A stretch of 64,000 nt of DNA from a virus: the IMG/VR virus record IMGVR_UViG_3300035670_000030, positions 64,001 through 128,000 of that record; one strand, given 5' to 3'. The notes beneath the pieces were generated by a model. The model made no database searches. It saw only the letters and a program-made list of their open reading frames with translations, and was not told the DNA's origin. Below are positions 59,935-64,000 of the stretch, piece by piece. A program made the position numbers and the translations under genes. Positions within the stretch are counted from its first letter, which is position 1. Each line of letters starts with the position of its first letter.

Positions 59935-60854
59935 TTTGTATCAAAGTAATATTGTAAATCTATTTTACAGGCTTCATTGTCCATTTTTAAAATATATAAA
60001 GTTTTGTCTCTAGCTTCTTCACGCCCATCACAAAAAACAAATTGTAAATTATCATATTTTCTTAATAGTTGTCTCATATTATGGGCTATAAATTCACCAG
60101 ATGCTTTACCAAATTTTTGTTTTTGATACATCATATTATTTAAGGTAGACTCAACTACAACCACAATATAACCTTCTAATTTTTTAGCTTTTTGGATCTC
60201 ACGTTCGAATCTTTCACGACCACCACTTAAAGTTCCATATAAATCAGATAAACTTTTTCTTTCTATAGCTAATTTGTTATTAGGGTGAAGTGAGTAATCT
60301 CCATACTCTAATTTTGATTCAATTAAAGTAAGCTCTTCAAAATGAAATGGCTTTTGTTCACGACTATCTACAATAATTTGCGGAGTAGGGGTGAATTGAA
60401 TTTCTTCAGGAATTTGATAATTAAATCTGGAATGCAATCCAATTTTTTTACATAAATTATTGTAATCCATTCCAGAAAAAACTTCTATTGTGCTTACTGG
60501 TAATAAACAATTTATACTTTGAGCTTCTACTTGACCAGGAGCACTTTCTAAGTTTTTTAAATCGCAATATTGTTTTAATTTACTTTTAAAGTAATCAGCG
60601 CACTCTTCTTTAGAAAGCGTCTTCAACCAATTTTTATAGTTTTTCTTATCAACAAAATCACAAGTAATATATTGATCAAAGGACTTATATTCTAGTTTTT
60701 TACCATCAAAACGATCAATACGTTTCCAATAAGTTTCAAAATAAGTCTTACAAGAAAGTTTATGATAACTTCTTAAATGCTTTTGTAACTCAGCGAAATA
60801 ATTAAATTCTTCGCCACAAACTTTACATTTTAAGTATATTTTGTTATTATTCAT
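59922..60854 (-). CDS. C2H2 Zn finger plus ERCC4 (XPF/Mus81)-type nuclease
   Basis: CKVC...HLRSYH; IIVDSREQ, GDYS, IERKSLSDL, RERFEREI. Confidence 0.88.
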   Translation of the reverse strand: MNNNKIYLKCKVCGEEFNYFAELQKHLRSYHKLSCKTYFETYWKRIDRFDGKKLEYKSFDQYITCDFVDKKNYKNWLKTLSKEECADYFKSKLKQYCDLKNLESAPGQVEAQSINCLLPVSTIEVFSGMDYNNLCKKIGLHSRFNYQIPEEIQFTPTPQIIVDSREQKPFHFEELTLIESKLEYGDYSLHPNNKLAIERKSLSDLYGTLSGGRERFEREIQKAKKLEGYIVVVVESTLNNMMYQKQKFGKASGEFIAHNMRQLLRKYDNLQFVFCDGREEARDKTLYILKMDNEACKIDLQYYFDTKWPL

Positions 60855-60865
60855 AATATATTATA

Positions 60866-61978
60866 TTAGCCTTGCACCATTTCATCAATATCAATTCCAC
60901 GAATTACTGCTTTTAATTCATCCATAGAAGATAAACGTTTAGCCTCTTCTTCGAGATTCTGCTTCTGAGCTTCAGCCAAATTGATAATACTTTTTCGACG
61001 TTCTTCGTCTTTCCATGCTTGCACTAAATTAAGAATACTTGCGTTTTCTTGTTTTCTTTCTTGTAATTTTTTAGAACGATCATCTACGAGAGATTTATAT
61101 AATTTATTTTGTCTTGTGCGACATTGATTATATTCTGTTTGCAAACTACTAATAGCTTCATTCAAGCTCATTTTAATATTGCGGCCCTCATCCTCTTCAG
61201 ATGCTTGTCTTAATAATTGACGCAAGTCTTCTACTTGCTGTAAAATAGTGGAAGCCGTTACAACTTCTGTACAAAGGGTAATAAATTGGTCTAATTCTTC
61301 TTGTGTCAAATCATCTTTATCATAAGTATAACGAATAAAAGCATCTTCAAAGAGTTTTCTATCATCTTCACGACGATACGTATTAATTTGGTAACAAAAA
61401 CTAAAAGTATTTAAATATCTTTGAAGCATTTCCACTTGTTTGAGTTGCATTGCTTTGAGTTTCTTTTCCTCCCAACCCAAATTAAGATATTTATTAATTC
61501 TATATAAAGTTTGATCCATACGACGCGGCGGGAAATATTCCCCAAGAGGACTTGGGGTGGTATTCTCTGTTTCTTTTGGGGTGTAAACTGTCATGTCCAA
61601 ATATGTAGGATCTGCTTTTTGTAGTTTATTAACATATTTGTTGACTTCACGAGATTCGAGACTTAAATGCGTTAAATTATTATTTTTAAATAAAATTTTT
61701 GCCATATCAAGATAGTGCTGATTTTTATAATTATTTTTTATAAATTCTTCTTGATCTTTTGTAAGTGAAACGCGATCTCTTTGAAAAACAGAACGATTTT
61801 TATATTCAATATTATTGTCTAATAAATATTTTTTTAAAATTCGCCCTTCTTTGCTACGACTATCTATATTTTCATTATTATACGTATAAGCTGTAATTTC
61901 TGTAAGAGTTGCTTCTGGATTTTTTTGTAAAATTTCTGTTAATCGATTTTTTTGTTCTAATGTTAAAATATCATCCAT
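60866..61978 (-). CDS. Coiled-coil protein, possible terminase small subunit or packaging factor
   Basis: Position before the nuclease and TerL; HTH-like N-terminus and long coiled coil. Confidence 0.4.
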   Translation of the reverse strand: MDDILTLEQKNRLTEILQKNPEATLTEITAYTYNNENIDSRSKEGRILKKYLLDNNIEYKNRSVFQRDRVSLTKDQEEFIKNNYKNQHYLDMAKILFKNNNLTHLSLESREVNKYVNKLQKADPTYLDMTVYTPKETENTTPSPLGEYFPPRRMDQTLYRINKYLNLGWEEKKLKAMQLKQVEMLQRYLNTFSFCYQINTYRREDDRKLFEDAFIRYTYDKDDLTQEELDQFITLCTEVVTASTILQQVEDLRQLLRQASEEDEGRNIKMSLNEAISSLQTEYNQCRTRQNKLYKSLVDDRSKKLQERKQENASILNLVQAWKDEERRKSIINLAEAQKQNLEEEAKRLSSMDELKAVIRGIDIDEMVQG

Positions 61979-62688
61979 TATAATACCTCCCTTACTACTT
62001 CACGCGCCTTTTGTAAAATTTTTGATTTAATTTTACTAATTTGTCTGTATGCTGGACGACCTTCTTTTAAACTTAATTTATAACCCATTTTTTTAGCAAC
62101 CTCTGCTTCTTCAAGGTGCTGTAAGAACATATAATCATATACTTTCCATTCTATTATACTTAAATGTTTTTTCATAATTTCATGAAAAAGTGGCATTAAA
62201 TTTTCTATATCTAATGAATTTTCTGTATCATGTAAAACATTTTCTAATGTTGTTTCTGGGTTATCATGATTAGGACTATGAATACTCAACGGAAATTTTA
62301 CATCATAAGCAGATTTTTTACCCTTTTCCCATTTGGCGTAATCTTTACATGAATTATTTTGCGTTCCATATATCGAGCAACCATAATCACCAGTATTAAA
62401 TGGGCATTTTAAACACGGTCTAGAAAAATTAGAATAATGATTTCTGAGCATGTTAGTCATTTGGTGATTGATTACTTGATTAAGCCATGGGCGCATAGGT
62501 CTTTCTGGATCCCATTTCTCCCATTTTTTATAAATATGTATTCTTAATCTTTGAGCAACATCTTCAAAATCCATCCAAGCTATGGCCGTCAAATGCCAAC
62601 GATGTTTACGCTTCTGAATTTCAGAATTGATAATTTCTATCGATTCTTCAAATGAAGGTCTATTAACGCCTTTTTTCTTTCGTGGCAT
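61978..62688 (-). CDS. Sigma70/ECF-like factor with Cys4 insertion
   Basis: DFEDVAQ...KWDPERPMRPWLNQVI (region 2); CLKC..C..C; LSIIEWKV...EVAKKMGY (region 4). Confidence 0.72.
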   Translation of the reverse strand: MPRKKKGVNRPSFEESIEIINSEIQKRKHRWHLTAIAWMDFEDVAQRLRIHIYKKWEKWDPERPMRPWLNQVINHQMTNMLRNHYSNFSRPCLKCPFNTGDYGCSIYGTQNNSCKDYAKWEKGKKSAYDVKFPLSIHSPNHDNPETTLENVLHDTENSLDIENLMPLFHEIMKKHLSIIEWKVYDYMFLQHLEEAEVAKKMGYKLSLKEGRPAYRQISKIKSKILQKAREVVREVL

Positions 62689-62689
62689 A

Positions 62690-63100
62690 TTACTTAGATC
62701 TTAATGAGCCAGCTTCCTTTTGAAATTCTGCTAAAATTTCTTCTTTAGTTTTTGTTTGTATATTATCTTGAGTATTTTCTTTAATAGGGCTGGAAGGGTT
62801 TTCAATTAAACTTCCAAAAGATTCGCCTTTCGACTGGTAAACATCTACTTTAAAAGATGGTTTAATTTTTTTAAAATTAATATTACTTTCTACTTCAACT
62901 GTATCGTCACTGTCATCATTAATTACTATAGGGTTTATATTTTTCTTTAATTTTAATTCATTTAAAAATTTATTCCTATTATCTTCAGTTTGTACTGAAG
63001 ATGATTTACTAGCAAACGATTGGCCGCAAAAAGCACAAAACTTTGGTAGCTCAAAATTATATTGAGTGGTTTTACCACATTTAGAACAAAAATATTTCAT
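62690..63100 (-). CDS. Zn-ribbon protein
   Basis: FCSKCG...FCAFCG. Confidence 0.75.
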   Translation of the reverse strand: MKYFCSKCGKTTQYNFELPKFCAFCGQSFASKSSSVQTEDNRNKFLNELKLKKNINPIVINDDSDDTVEVESNINFKKIKPSFKVDVYQSKGESFGSLIENPSSPIKENTQDNIQTKTKEEILAEFQKEAGSLRSK

Positions 63101-63119
63101 ACACTAGTATTTTATAGGT

Positions 63120-63177
63120 TTACACAAAAAAATTCTAAAATCTCTTCTATAAACTTTATATAAAAATATAAGTGTAA
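63120..63177. promoter_or_regulatory. Divergent pair of GTGTAA motifs
   Basis: Minus-strand copy at 63120-63125 (19 nt before ATG 63100) and plus-strand copy at 63172-63177 (10 nt before ATG 63188). Confidence 0.65.
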
Positions 63178-63187
63178 ATAACTATTG

Positions 63188-63775
63188 ATGTCGTCTTTAA
63201 TTAATTCACGAGTGTTCGATATCATCAAGGAAGATATCGAATTGCTTGATGGTCGTATTATATTATTAAAAGGAAATTACTGCGGAGGTAAGAGTAAATG
63301 CTCTGGTCTTTTTTATTTAGATTCAAATGATAATCCACTTATTAAAGTAGCCAAAGGTAATCTAATAGAGGAAGAATGGTTTGGCGTTCTTTTGCATGAA
63401 TACTGTCATTTCTTACAATGGCGTGATGATTCTCGATTATGGAATAATTTTTGTGATTATGATATTACCTATTCAGAAATTATATTAAAACCACAAAAAT
63501 ATAAAAAAGAATTACAAGCCCTAATGGAGTTAGAAATTGACTGTGAAAAATGCGCAGCTAATATAATCAAAAATAATCAACTTTTTGATCACAAAAAATA
63601 TATCCAAAGTGCAAATGCTATTTTATATAAATATGCGATGCTTTATAAATATAATAAATGGCCAGAAAATAATAGAAAATATAAAAATGTGCAAGATTTT
63701 TGCCCAACGAAAGTTTTAAAATCTTATAAAGACTATCTAAAAATACCAGAAAAAATTATTAAATATTATCAATAG
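63188..63775 (+). CDS. HExxH zinc metallopeptidase-like protein (IrrE/ImmA-like zincin)
   Basis: LLHEYCHFLQ with downstream ELEIDCE. Confidence 0.65.
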   Translation: MSSLINSRVFDIIKEDIELLDGRIILLKGNYCGGKSKCSGLFYLDSNDNPLIKVAKGNLIEEEWFGVLLHEYCHFLQWRDDSRLWNNFCDYDITYSEIILKPQKYKKELQALMELEIDCEKCAANIIKNNQLFDHKKYIQSANAILYKYAMLYKYNKWPENNRKYKNVQDFCPTKVLKSYKDYLKIPEKIIKYYQ

Positions 63776-64000
63776 AATCGGAACCATTAAATGGAAGAAT
63801 TAGATTGTTATCAATAATGTATTGATTTAGTTCTTCTTCTGTGTCCGCAATGACCATTGTATATGGACTAGATGTTCCACCAGCACATTGAAGAGGTGGG
63901 ATAATTACCTTATTAGTTTCGGCGTCATAAATCATCCACCACTCTGTTTCGTTAGTCATGATACTCTCCACGCTAGAAACTACATCTGGCTTTTCTTGGT
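63759..64000 (-). CDS. Hypothetical protein (probably 5' truncated by the window edge)
   Basis: Reading frame stays open upstream of the GTG at 63971 to the window end. Confidence 0.5.
   Translation of the reverse strand, partial: QEKPDVVSSVESIMTNETEWWMIYDAETNKVIIPPLQCAGGTSSPYTMVIADTEEELNQYIIDNNLILPFNGSDSIDNI

Noticed and set aside
1-64000. Stop-codon reassignment
   Set aside because: Genes tile densely and are full length under the standard code
1-64000. CRISPR array, tRNAs, diversity-generating retroelement, integrase
   Set aside because: No repeat-spacer array, cloverleaf, reverse transcriptase or integrase was seen; the duplicated 24-aa motif differs at synonymous sites rather than specifically at adenines

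Overview
This 64 kb window is part of a large, very AT-rich tailed dsDNA phage (Caudoviricetes) using the standard genetic code. It is probably a siphovirus, since it has a tail tube and a 2000-aa tape measure but no recognisable sheath gene. A lipoprotein in the lysis cassette points to a diderm host. The left part (1-15.8 kb) mixes glycosyltransferases, methyltransferases and GDP-mannose 4,6-dehydratase with RecA, class II ribonucleotide reductase, a sigma-like factor, putative ssDNA-binding proteins and a Rad52/Sak-like annealase, under sigma70-type promoters. The right part (15.8-63.1 kb, all minus strand) is a morphogenesis region. In transcription order it runs: second sigma-like protein, ERCC4 nuclease, TerL, portal, fibre genes, lysis cassette, prohead protease/scaffold, decoration protein, major capsid, neck, tail tube, chaperones, tape measure, tail tip and Ser/Cys-rich appendage proteins. 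Main signals: (1) four G(Y/F)IPNF repeats in the tape measure bracket a putative PD-(D/E)xK nuclease-like cargo domain; (2) a recurrent GTGTA(A) late-promoter motif, with tandem AAGG leaders on tail operons; (3) a 24-aa poly-Ser-tethered motif shared by two different tail proteins; (4) a glycosylation gene cluster, including a split GT9, alongside poly-Ser and Pro-Thr tracts in virion proteins; (5) two abutting sheared-GA hairpins at the strand switch, a candidate origin. All function calls come from reading motifs by eye; no database searches were run.
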